From assembly GCF_041910485.1 (NCBI RefSeq), contig NZ_JAYRQR010000034.1, positions 9,113 to 73,112 on the forward strand: a stretch of DNA of 64,000 nt. The letters are read 5' to 3'. This document shows, one piece after another, positions 43,367-51,533 of this stretch. Position numbers and translations under genes: made by a program. Source of the stretch: Dongia sp. GTDB lineage: Bacteria; Pseudomonadota; Alphaproteobacteria; Dongiales; Dongiaceae. Under the pieces are notes generated by a model. That model was not told the DNA's origin and made no database searches. It was given only the letters and a program-made list of their open reading frames with translations. Each line of letters begins with the position of its first letter. Position 1 is the stretch's first letter.

Positions 43367-43696
43367 GTGCACACATCACCCGCTCCCCATCCGGAGCCGC
43401 TCGGTTGTCCCTCGGCGCAAGTCCAGCGATGGACGCAGGCCGAAAGCATCCGCCCCTGGTTGAGAGGGGCAGGCCTGGTCGGCGGCCACAAGGCCCGACC
43501 CCCCGGATCAGCGGGTGAGCGATCCTCCGCGAGTCCCGGGTCACAGGACGCTCCCCCAGGGTTGCGGCGGTTAAGCCAGCCCCCGCCGGACCCGATGCGG
43601 TGACCGGGTTCCCCTCCTGGAGGGCAGGAAGCCATCCACGTCACAGCCGGCAACGAAACGGCTGCCATAGCTGCCCGAGCGGGTCCGGATGGGGAG
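43367..43696 (+). ncRNA. candidate structured non-coding RNA of unknown family (alternative: TIR-bounded MITE)
   Basis: 43383-43404 pairs with 43675-43696, giving 21 Watson-Crick pairs out of 22 positions. The helix encloses 270 nt with at least 5 compact GC hairpins, including a GCGA (GNRA) tetraloop. There is no credible ORF, and no hallmark motif of RNase P RNA, tmRNA, SRP RNA or cobalamin riboswitch was seen. Confidence 0.4.
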
Positions 43697-43736
43697 ACGT
43701 GGATCATCGAATGAATTTGGCGAGAGCTTTCAGTCC

Positions 43737-43853
43737 CACCCCCACCCAACCCTCCCCCTGAAGGGAGAGGGGATCTCATCGAGTTTGCTGCAGCGCGCGT
43801 GCGAATTCCGCACCAAAGCCCTCTCCCTTTAGGGGGAGGGTTGGGTGGGGGTG
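43737..43853. repeat. large inverted repeat (35-bp stem, 47-nt loop)
   Basis: 43737-43771 pairs with 43819-43853 at 35 consecutive positions: 34 Watson-Crick pairs plus one G-T. Each arm is also self-complementary. Confidence 0.85.
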
Positions 43854-43922
43854 TGGGCGCAAGCCGAATGCGGGTGCGCGCAAGCGCGCACAAGCCGCCG
43901 CGCGACGGACCTCGCCGACGAT

Positions 43923-44459
43923 CTACCCGCGCCGCATCCGATAGAGAACATGCCGCAGCAAGGGGTGATCCGCCGCCAGCATCGGGTGATCGAAATCGTC
44001 GCGCGCATCATGCGTCAGTCCCAGCCGTTCCATCACGGCGCAGGAGCGAACATTGCTGACCGTGGTGAAGGAAACAATCTCAGGAAGTTTCAACGTCCCG
44101 AAACCGAAATCGAGCACAGCGCGCGCTGCCTCGGTGGCATAGCCCTTGCCCCAATGCGCGAAAGCCAGCCGCCAGCCGATTTCGACGCAGGGCGTGAAAG
44201 GCGCCTCGAAGCGCGGGCGCGACAGGCCGACATAGCCGATGAAATCGGCAATGCCAGGAACCTCGACGGCCCAGAGGCCCCAGCCATGCTCGGCGATATG
44301 CGCCGCGATGCGATCGGCGAATGCGTCACTTTCCGCACGCGTCATCGGACCTGCCAGCGTCGCATAGACGCGCGGATCGTTGTTGAGCGCGGCGAAGGGC
44401 GCCTTGTCCGTTTCCCGCCACGGGCGCAGCAGCAGCCGCTCCGTGACGAGAGTTGCCAT
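43923..44459 (-). CDS. GNAT N-acetyltransferase (RimJ/RimL-type, Acetyltransf_3-like)
   Basis: 178 aa with ERLLLRPW and HWGKGYATEA. The ATG shares one nucleotide with the argS TAA (TAATG). Confidence 0.82.
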   Translation of the reverse strand: MATLVTERLLLRPWRETDKAPFAALNNDPRVYATLAGPMTRAESDAFADRIAAHIAEHGWGLWAVEVPGIADFIGYVGLSRPRFEAPFTPCVEIGWRLAFAHWGKGYATEAARAVLDFGFGTLKLPEIVSFTTVSNVRSCAVMERLGLTHDARDDFDHPMLAADHPLLRHVLYRMRRG

Positions 44460-46222
44460 TACATCCGGTCCGGGACGCTGATGCCCAGAAGCTCCAGGCA
44501 GAGTTCCAGTTCCTTCAGCACCAATTCCGCCAAGGCGAGGCGCGAGCGGCGGCGGGCCACATCCTGTTCGGAGAGGATATGGAACGCGCTGTAATAGGAG
44601 CTGAAAGTCTGCGCCAGGTTGAAGGCGAAATCGGCGATGCGGTTCGGGGCCAATTCGGCATAGGCCGAGGTGATGGCATCCGGCATGTGCCCCAGCATCA
44701 GCACCAGATCGCGCTCACCTTCCTCCGGAGGCAGGATGGCGGCGGGCTTGTCGCCCTGGGCCTCCGCCTTCTTCAGCAGCGATTTCACGCGGACGGCGGC
44801 GTAGAGCAGATAGGGGCCGGTCTTCCCCTCGAAGCGCGAGAAGCGATCGATGTCGAAGACGTAATTGGCGATCGGGTTGTTGCTCAGATCAGCGAATTTC
44901 AACGCCGACACGCCGACCTTCTTCGCGATGTCGTCGCGTTCCGCTTCCGAATAATCGGCGCCGAGCCCATGCTCGTTGAGCTTCTTCAGCGCTTCGCCCG
45001 ACATCATCTGGATGAGGTCGTCGAGGCGCATGACGCCGCCGGCCCGCGTTTTGAACGGCTTGCCGTCGGTGCCGTTCATCGTGCCGTAGCCCAAGTGGAA
45101 CAGGCTGCCTTTGCCGTTGATGCCGGCCTTGATCGCGGCGCGGAACACCTGCACGAAATGCAGGCCCTGGCGATGGTCGACGACATAGATCGACCGGTCC
45201 GGGTTCTGGCAATTGACGCGGTCGATGATGGTGGCAAGGTCGGTCGTGCCGTACATGGCGGCGCCGTCGGATTTAATGAGGATCAGCGGCGGAATGTCCT
45301 GCTTGTCCGTCTCTTCCTTCACCGGAATGATCAGCGCGCCCTTGTCCTCGATGGCGACGCCCTTTTTCTTCATCTCCTCGACCATCGGCGGGATGAGGTC
45401 GTTGACGCAGGCCTCGCCCTTCCACAAATCGAAATAGACGCCGAGATTGCCATAGTCGCGCTTCATCGCGTCGACCGAGATGTCGAAGAAATGCTGCCAC
45501 ACGGCGCGGTAGCCGGGGCGGCCTTCCTGCAGTTCAGCGGTCGCCTGGCGCGCGCGCTCAAGCCGCGCCGGGTCCGCTTTGCAATCGCCGGAGGCCTTCG
45601 GATACATCTCCTCGAGCTGTGCCAAGGTGACGGGGCTTTCCTTCGGATAGGGGCCGGTGAACTTGGCATCGAAATAGGGGAGGTCGGGCTGACGGATTTC
45701 CAATTCGGAAATCAGCATGCCCATCTGCAGGCCCCAATCGCCCATATGCACATCGCCGATCGTCTCGTCGCCGACGAACTTGAAGATGCGGCGCAGGGAA
45801 TCGCCGATGATGGCGGCGCGCAGATGGCCGACATGCATGGGCTTGGCGATATTCGGTCCGCCGTAATCGAGCACCACCACTTCCGGCTTTGCTTTGACCG
45901 GCTGCCCGAGGCGCGGGTCAGTGGCGACACGGTTCATCGCCTGGCCGAGATAATCGTCGGTGACGCTGAGATTGATGAAACCGGGACCGGCCAGCGACAC
46001 GTCGCGGAAGATCGGGTTGGCCTTCAAGGCCTCCGCCACCTTCTCGGCAATCGCGCGCGGGTTCTGCTTCGCGGCCTTGGCGGCGGCGAGCGCCCCGTTG
46101 CACTGGAACTGGCCAAGGTCGGGACGGCCGGACACGATCACCTGGCCGAAGGCTGGGTCGAGGCCTTGGCCCTTGAAGATGGCGCCGGCAATGTCGCTGA
46201 GCTGGGCGGTAAAGGAAGTCAT
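44459..46222 (-). CDS. argS: arginine--tRNA ligase
   Basis: 587 aa with the HIGH-type motif PMHVGHLR and a DALR anticodon-binding C-terminus. Confidence 0.95.
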   Translation of the reverse strand: MTSFTAQLSDIAGAIFKGQGLDPAFGQVIVSGRPDLGQFQCNGALAAAKAAKQNPRAIAEKVAEALKANPIFRDVSLAGPGFINLSVTDDYLGQAMNRVATDPRLGQPVKAKPEVVVLDYGGPNIAKPMHVGHLRAAIIGDSLRRIFKFVGDETIGDVHMGDWGLQMGMLISELEIRQPDLPYFDAKFTGPYPKESPVTLAQLEEMYPKASGDCKADPARLERARQATAELQEGRPGYRAVWQHFFDISVDAMKRDYGNLGVYFDLWKGEACVNDLIPPMVEEMKKKGVAIEDKGALIIPVKEETDKQDIPPLILIKSDGAAMYGTTDLATIIDRVNCQNPDRSIYVVDHRQGLHFVQVFRAAIKAGINGKGSLFHLGYGTMNGTDGKPFKTRAGGVMRLDDLIQMMSGEALKKLNEHGLGADYSEAERDDIAKKVGVSALKFADLSNNPIANYVFDIDRFSRFEGKTGPYLLYAAVRVKSLLKKAEAQGDKPAAILPPEEGERDLVLMLGHMPDAITSAYAELAPNRIADFAFNLAQTFSSYYSAFHILSEQDVARRRSRLALAELVLKELELCLELLGISVPDRM

Positions 46223-46291
46223 CTCATCAATCCAACGAAAAGGGGCCCGCGCACCGGCAAGCGGCGGCGGGCGATGACGGTTTATAGCGGA

Positions 46292-47338
46292 TCAGAACGC
46301 GACGTCGCCAGTCGATGTGCGGTCGCGGCGGCGGGCGCGTTTGGTGGCCTGGACCGGGTCCTCGCCGGACAATTGGGCGGTGGCGCCTGCCGTGACCGGA
46401 CCCAGGCGGGCGACGATGGTCTCGATGGTGGGTTTTTCACCCGGCGTATAGGAATTGAGGGCACTGCGCATATGGACCAGATGCTCGGCCGAGGTGCCGC
46501 AGCAGCCGCCCACGATCCGCGCCCCGGAATCCCGCGCCAAGCGGCTGTAATCCGCCATCAGGTCCGGGGTGCCGTTATACTTGATCTTGCCGTTCTCGAA
46601 GAACGGGATGCCGGCATTTCCTTTGGCGATGATGACATCGCCCGGCCGCGCCGCCGCCGACAGCTGCACGATGGTAGCGGTCAAATCCGAGGCGCCGACG
46701 CCGCAATTGGCGCCATAGGCCACCGGCTTCGGGTCCAGCGTGTGGACGAAATCGACGAAATCGGCGGGGCTCAGGCCCATCATGGTGCGCCCGTTGGTGT
46801 CGAAGCTCATGGTCGTGACGATGGGGAGGCCCGTCGCGGCGGCGCCCTTTACGGCAGCACTGACTTCTTCCTTGGCGGACATGGTCTCGATCCAGATGAC
46901 GTCGGCACCGCCGGCTTTGAGAGCCTCCGCCTGCTCGCGGAAGGCGGCAATGGCGTCTTCTTCGGTGAGGGCGCCGAGCGGCTGCAGCAGCTCGCCCGTC
47001 GGGCCCATCGAGCCAGCGACCACCACGTCTCGACCGCTGCGGTCGGCAACCTTGCGGGCCAGCTCGGCCGCGCGCTTGTTGATCTCCAGGACCCGGTCTT
47101 GGGCGTTGTGCAGCTTCAGCCGATAGCGCGTTCCGCCGAAGCTGTTGGTCAGAATGATGTCCGACCCGGCCTTCACGAAGTTCTCGTGCAGCGCCTCGAT
47201 CCGCTCCGGATGGTCGAAGTTCCACAATTCCGGCGCGTCGCCCGCCTGCAGGCCGACCTGGAACAGGTTGGTCCCCGTGGCGCCATCGGCCATCAGGAAG
47301 GGCTTTTCCGCCAGCAGGCGCAGGAAACGGTTGGTCAT
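46292..47338 (-). CDS. homocysteine S-methyltransferase family protein, betaine--homocysteine methyltransferase-like
   Basis: 348 aa with LMADGATGTNL and the zinc ligands in GGCCGTSAEH. No B12-binding or cap domains, so it is not MetH. Confidence 0.78.
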   Translation of the reverse strand: MTNRFLRLLAEKPFLMADGATGTNLFQVGLQAGDAPELWNFDHPERIEALHENFVKAGSDIILTNSFGGTRYRLKLHNAQDRVLEINKRAAELARKVADRSGRDVVVAGSMGPTGELLQPLGALTEEDAIAAFREQAEALKAGGADVIWIETMSAKEEVSAAVKGAAATGLPIVTTMSFDTNGRTMMGLSPADFVDFVHTLDPKPVAYGANCGVGASDLTATIVQLSAAARPGDVIIAKGNAGIPFFENGKIKYNGTPDLMADYSRLARDSGARIVGGCCGTSAEHLVHMRSALNSYTPGEKPTIETIVARLGPVTAGATAQLSGEDPVQATKRARRRDRTSTGDVAF

Positions 47339-47384
47339 CGGGCAGATCCTAACTCGCGGCGCCTTTGTTCACGCCATGTTCATC

Positions 47385-47404
47385 ATATAACGAGATTGTT
47401 ATAT
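47385..47404. promoter_or_regulatory. palindrome ATATAAC-N6-GTTATAT between the BHMT-like gene and chaC
   Basis: Perfect 7-bp arms at 47385-47391 and 47398-47404, lying 47-66 nt upstream of the BHMT-like ATG. Confidence 0.35.
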
Positions 47405-47467
47405 AGCTCGCAACCTAAGGCTTTCCGCCCTCTGGTTCAAGGCAAGAGATTGGTTAAACTGCGCCTC

Positions 47468-48121
47468 ATGGCCGCCGACCAAATCCCCTCCGACCCAGCC
47501 CAGTATTGGCCCGACACGCCGGCCCCCGGCTGGCTCACGGACGAGGAGCGGCAGGCCTCGCTCGACGGCATTCTCGCTGAGCGGGACGGGCCGATCTGGA
47601 TCTTCGGCTATGGCTCTCTGCTGTGGCGCCCGGCCTTTCAATCGGTTGAGAGCCGGCTTGCGACCCTCACCGGTTATCACCGCCGCTTCTGCCTGGTGAT
47701 GCGCCGCTTCCGCGGGACCGAGGAATGTCCGGGCCTGATGCTGGGCCTCGATCGTGGCGGCCTCTGCCGCGGCATGGCCTTCCGCCTCGACGACGTGACG
47801 GTCGATGAGGACCTGAAAGGTTTGTGGCGGCGCGAGATGGTGACCGGCGGCTATCGCCCACGCTGGGTCAAGCTGAAGACACCCTTGGGACCCTTGCGCG
47901 GCATCACCTTCGTCGCCAACCGTGCCAATGAGCGCTACCTGAAACCGCATTCCCTCGACTATGCCGCCGAGATGATTGCCGGCGCCTGCGGTCCCGTCGG
48001 CAGCAACGCCGAATATCTGCACGCCACGCACGAGCATCTGCTCGGCCTCGGCATCAACGACCGCGGCCTCGCCAGCCTCGACAAGCTGGTGCGCGAGAAG
48101 TGCGCCGCGATCAAGCGCTGA
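47468..48121 (+). CDS. chaC: ChaC-family gamma-glutamylcyclotransferase
   Basis: Only the last 217 codons of the 1222-codon ORF 44453..48121 are used, from the ATG at 47468. Motifs WIFGYGSLLW and GLMLGLD. Confidence 0.82.
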   Translation: MAADQIPSDPAQYWPDTPAPGWLTDEERQASLDGILAERDGPIWIFGYGSLLWRPAFQSVESRLATLTGYHRRFCLVMRRFRGTEECPGLMLGLDRGGLCRGMAFRLDDVTVDEDLKGLWRREMVTGGYRPRWVKLKTPLGPLRGITFVANRANERYLKPHSLDYAAEMIAGACGPVGSNAEYLHATHEHLLGLGINDRGLASLDKLVREKCAAIKR

Positions 48122-48142
48122 TCGGCAGAGCCGCGCCGCGAC

Positions 48143-48916
48143 TTACTGTTCGGCGAAGGCCTTTTCGATGACGTAGTGGCCGGGCTGGGCGACGCTGCCT
48201 TCGGTGAAGCCACGGGCCTCGAAGATCGGGCGGAGGTCGGCGAGCATCGCGGGCGAGCCGCACAGCATGATGCGGTCGTCCGCCGAGTTGAGCTGCGGCA
48301 GGCCGATATCGTTGCAGAGCTTGCCGTTCTCGATGAGATGCGTGATGCGGCCGTTATGCTTGAAAGGCTCGCGCGTCACCGTCGGATAGTAGATGAGCTT
48401 CTCGCGCACCAGCTCGCCGATGAGTTCATGCGCCGGCAGTTCCTTTTCCAGGAAGTCGGCATAGGCGAGTTCGTTGATGTGGCGGACACCGTGGACGAGC
48501 ACGATCTTCTCGTACTGGTCATAGACTTCCGGGTCCTTGATCAGGCTGAGGAACGGCGCGAGGCCGGTGCCGGTGCCGAGCAGATAGAGATGCTTGCCGG
48601 GCAGCAGATTGGTGGGCAGCAGCGTGCCGGTCGCCTTGCGGCCGACCAGGATCTTGTCGCCGGCCTTCAGATGCTGAAGGCGCGAGGTGAGGGGACCGTC
48701 CGGCACCTTGATGGAGAGGAACTCGAGCATGTCCTCATAGGCGGCACTGGCGATCGAATAGGCGCGCAGCAGCGGCTTGCCGTTGACCTCGAGGCCGATC
48801 ATCGTGAACTGGCCGCTGGCGAAGCGGAACGCGGGATCGCGGGTGGTCTTGAAGGTGAACAGGCGATCGGTCCAATGGTGGACGTCGGTCACTTCCGCCT
48901 GCAGCAGATTGCTCAT
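48143..48916 (-). CDS. fpr: ferredoxin--NADP+ reductase
   Basis: 257 aa with RAYSIAS, LLGTGTGLAPF and the C-terminal YVIEKAF. Confidence 0.9.
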   Translation of the reverse strand: MSNLLQAEVTDVHHWTDRLFTFKTTRDPAFRFASGQFTMIGLEVNGKPLLRAYSIASAAYEDMLEFLSIKVPDGPLTSRLQHLKAGDKILVGRKATGTLLPTNLLPGKHLYLLGTGTGLAPFLSLIKDPEVYDQYEKIVLVHGVRHINELAYADFLEKELPAHELIGELVREKLIYYPTVTREPFKHNGRITHLIENGKLCNDIGLPQLNSADDRIMLCGSPAMLADLRPIFEARGFTEGSVAQPGHYVIEKAFAEQ

Positions 48917-49084
48917 GATCTCTTCTCTTCACCAAATCAGCGCAGCCGCCGGGTGGGGTAGCTGTTGTTGCGTTGCAGCATTGAATAGTTGATGCGCGCT
49001 GTCTAACCGGAAAACGACAGAATATCAATCGCCGGCAATGGCTTAACCCGCACCGATGAGTGTGAATTCCTCACATCGAGGCCC

Positions 49085-49123
49085 GATCATATATGCGATT
49101 GCAACTGATTTGCAAATATGATC
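49085..49123. promoter_or_regulatory. 39-bp composite site: GATCATAT...ATATGATC arms enclosing TTGCAA-N5-TTGCAA
   Basis: Outer 8-bp perfect inverted arms at 49085-49092 and 49116-49123. Inner direct TTGCAA copies at 49099 and 49110 have an 11-bp period. Confidence 0.35.
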
Positions 49124-49372
49124 CGCGACTGCCTGTCGGTAACGTCCTGACAAGACGCGATTATCGCGACGGAGCTGCCGGCAACCGGCAGGCAAGCCAC
49201 GCCAGGAGCGCCGCCACCGATGCGGAGCTATGCATGCCTGCATTGGCGCAGCGTCAATTTCTCATCTCTCCAAGCGGCAGCGATGTCAGATAGCCTTAAG
49301 CATCCTGTGGCTAAGTCGCCGCGGGAATGCACAATAAGCCCAGCTGATTCGGCAGTGAAAGGGGATGGTGTC

Positions 49373-49861
49373 ATGAGCGTGTCGCGGCAAGGTTATTCGG
49401 GTCTGCAGATCCTGTTGCATTGGCTGATCGCGGCTTTGGTCCTGTTCCAACTCATCTTCGGCGAGAGCATGGGCGAGGTGAAGGACGCGCTCGAGCAAGG
49501 GCTGGTGCCCGATCCGGCTGAGCAGACGATGGCTGATGCGCATTACTGGGTTGGCATCGCGATCCTCGTTCTGGTCGCCCTCCGCATCATCGTCCGCGTC
49601 GCGCAAGGGGCGCCGGCACCAATCGGCAGCGGCCCGCAGCTCCTCGTTGCCAAGGCCATTCATGGCATCTTCTATCTGCTGCTCATTGCCGTGCCGGTGA
49701 CGGGCCTCCTCGCTGTCTATGTGAATGAGGAGATCGGCGAGGTGCATGAGATCGGCAAGCCGCTCTTCATCGCTTTCATCGTGCTCCATGCGCTGGGTGC
49801 CTTGTTCCATCACTTCAAGCTGAAGGACGAGACGCTGCGCCGGATGTTCGTGCCGCGCTGA
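49373..49861 (+). CDS. cytochrome b561 family protein
   Basis: Trimmed to the ATG at 49373. GLQILLHWLIAALVLFQ carries the haem His, and there are four TM spans. Confidence 0.78.
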   Translation: MSVSRQGYSGLQILLHWLIAALVLFQLIFGESMGEVKDALEQGLVPDPAEQTMADAHYWVGIAILVLVALRIIVRVAQGAPAPIGSGPQLLVAKAIHGIFYLLLIAVPVTGLLAVYVNEEIGEVHEIGKPLFIAFIVLHALGALFHHFKLKDETLRRMFVPR

Positions 49862-49873
49862 GCTGAGGCCCGC

Positions 49874-50782
49874 TCAGCCGCGAATGAAGGCGGCGATTTC
49901 AGCGAGCGACTGATCCGCCTCGGGGAGATCAGCCTCGAATTCGAACACGTGCCACATCCCTTCAAAGACGCGGAGTTCACAATCGATGCAGGCAGCGCGC
50001 AGCTTGGTCGAGAGGCGTGCGCAATCGGAGAGGAAGAGATCGCGCGTGCCGGTGGTGATGAGCGTCTTGGGGAAATCGGCGGGGAAGTCGGCGTAGATCG
50101 GCGAGAGCTCCGGCGCGTTGAGCGCGCGCCCGTTGGCGTAGGCCGTGGCGGCGGGTTCGAGCGTCAGTTCGTAATGCAGCCACGGATCGTTGCCGACCAG
50201 GGTCGTGAGCGTATCGCCGGTCTTGGTGAGGTCTGACCAGGGCGACATCAACGCCGCCTTCGCCGGCTTCTCCTCGACCTTGAGCATCAGGGCCAGGGCG
50301 AGCCCACCGCCCGCCGATTCACCCGAGACCGTCAGCGCCGCCGCGCCATAACGCGCGGCGAGGGTCGCATAGACCGCTAGACCATCCTCCAACCCCCGTG
50401 GAAACGGATGCTCGGGCGCCAGCGCGTAATAGGGCGCATAGACCCTGCGCTGTGTCAGATGCGCCAGCCGCGCCGTGATGGCGAGGTCCTCATCGGGCGA
50501 CCCCTGCACATAGCCGCCGCCGAAGAAATAGAGGATGGCAGCGTTGCCGGTGACGGTTACCGGCGTCACCACCTGCGTGCGCACGCCGCCGATCGTTTCC
50601 TCGGTGAGTGTGACACCGAGACCATCCGCCAGCGCCTTTGCGACCGGCCCGAACATCTCTGCACTCGCCTTGCGCCGCTCGCGGATGGCGTTGAGCTCCA
50701 TCGAGCGGGCGGCGATCGCGGGGGAGTCGCTGAGCAGCGCTCGGGCTTGGGGGCTGATGGTGGTGGTCGGTGGCACGCGCAT
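49874..50782 (-). CDS. alpha/beta hydrolase (hormone-sensitive-lipase-type esterase)
   Basis: 302 aa with the oxyanion motif FFGGGY and the nucleophile elbow GESAGG. Confidence 0.82.
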   Translation of the reverse strand: MRVPPTTTISPQARALLSDSPAIAARSMELNAIRERRKASAEMFGPVAKALADGLGVTLTEETIGGVRTQVVTPVTVTGNAAILYFFGGGYVQGSPDEDLAITARLAHLTQRRVYAPYYALAPEHPFPRGLEDGLAVYATLAARYGAAALTVSGESAGGGLALALMLKVEEKPAKAALMSPWSDLTKTGDTLTTLVGNDPWLHYELTLEPAATAYANGRALNAPELSPIYADFPADFPKTLITTGTRDLFLSDCARLSTKLRAACIDCELRVFEGMWHVFEFEADLPEADQSLAEIAAFIRG

Positions 50783-50814
50783 GGAAGACCTCTATTTTAG
50801 ACGCGGGCGCAGCT

Positions 50815-50845
50815 TGTCATGGCCTGCGCAGATCGGCCATGCACA
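50815..50845. repeat. half-copy (single module) of the REP family
   Basis: tgtcatggcctgcgcagatcggccatgcaca has the same gtcat-stem-loop-stem architecture. Confidence 0.6.
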
Positions 50846-50847
50846 TG

Positions 50848-51378
50848 TTAGATATTCCAAAGCCCCGTGGTTTCCAATGTCGGAATATCATCTTTCATTG
50901 TGATTTTATAAAATGCGCCACCGCCGGCCAGCAATCCCCAAACCGAGCCAGCAAACCATGTCACTTCTCTGGTCTGAGCATCCTCGTCTCTCTCTCCGAA
51001 AAATGTGATCGCGCGCGACCCATCAGATGTCAAAGTCTCTCCCATATTGTTCTCGTGGCAATTTGCTCCATCAACAAACGTCAGCTTGGCAACTCCAGCT
51101 ACCGCTTTGCTCAGTGAGTCGAGCAAAGCTGCACTTACTGGCAGCGGCTTATTCTCCGATTGAATTGATGTGCACAGTATCAGCGGCATATCATTCTTGT
51201 CGCGATGGAGAGTTTTGATTTGATCCATGAAGACAATGTAGGCCTCTTTCTCAATCGGTGAAAGATCGTCGCCAGGTGATGAAGTTGGGGATGTGCTAGC
51301 ACAAGCGCTGCAGACCATCGCAATCAAGCACCATGCACGGCAGTAGCCGAGTGTTGTCATTGGTGTTCTGTGAAGCAT
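50848..51378 (-). CDS. hypothetical secreted protein or lipoprotein (low-GC islet)
   Basis: The ATG at 51378 is preceded by AAAGGA. N-terminus MLHRTPMTTLGYCRAWCLIAMVCSACAS. No family was recognised, and local G+C is about 47-53% by hand count. Confidence 0.45.
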   Translation of the reverse strand: MLHRTPMTTLGYCRAWCLIAMVCSACASTSPTSSPGDDLSPIEKEAYIVFMDQIKTLHRDKNDMPLILCTSIQSENKPLPVSAALLDSLSKAVAGVAKLTFVDGANCHENNMGETLTSDGSRAITFFGERDEDAQTREVTWFAGSVWGLLAGGGAFYKITMKDDIPTLETTGLWNI

Positions 51379-51498
51379 TGTTGTCCTTTTCGATCTCAAT
51401 AAATAGGCGGATGGGACTCCACACTAAATGCTGCGGTCCTGCGGCCGACTTGGGTATGGGACCAGGAGAGGGAAGCGAATACGATACTCGTACCATCT

Positions 51499-51533
51499 TG
51501 TCATGGCCCGCGCAGGCGGGCCATCCACGAGTT
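51499..51533. repeat. half-copy (single module) of the REP family
   Basis: tgtcatggcccgcgcaggcgggccatccacgagtt has the same 35-nt layout and ccacgagtt tail as the left module at 9395-9429. Confidence 0.7.

Noticed and set aside
43367-43696. Identification of the structured region as RNase P RNA, tmRNA, SRP/6S RNA or a cobalamin riboswitch.
   Set aside because: - The near-invariant strings GGAAAGUCCGG and ACAGAA.CCGGCUUA (RNase P) were not found on either strand.
- A GGUUCGA T-loop with a 3' CCA and an ANDN-type tag (tmRNA) was not found either.
- GCCACUG plus a properly ordered B12 box was absent.
- For a riboswitch, there is also no downstream plus-strand gene.
- This was a by-eye check, so cmscan is still needed.
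43342-43893. ORFs across the 43.3-43.9 kb gap (183 aa on the minus strand, 78 aa on the plus strand starting at 43367).
   Set aside because: Their translations are Pro/Gly/Arg/Ser low-complexity sequence that crosses hairpins and the palindrome. There is no Shine-Dalgarno. The region is better explained as non-coding.
44453-48121. A 1222-aa plus-strand ORF, the longest in the window.
   Set aside because: It runs antisense to argS and the BHMT-like gene, both of which carry unmistakable family motifs. Its translation is Arg/Gly/Ala/Asp-rich low-complexity sequence, typical of stop-codon-poor antisense frames in high-GC DNA. Only its last 217 codons (ChaC, from the ATG at 47468) look real.
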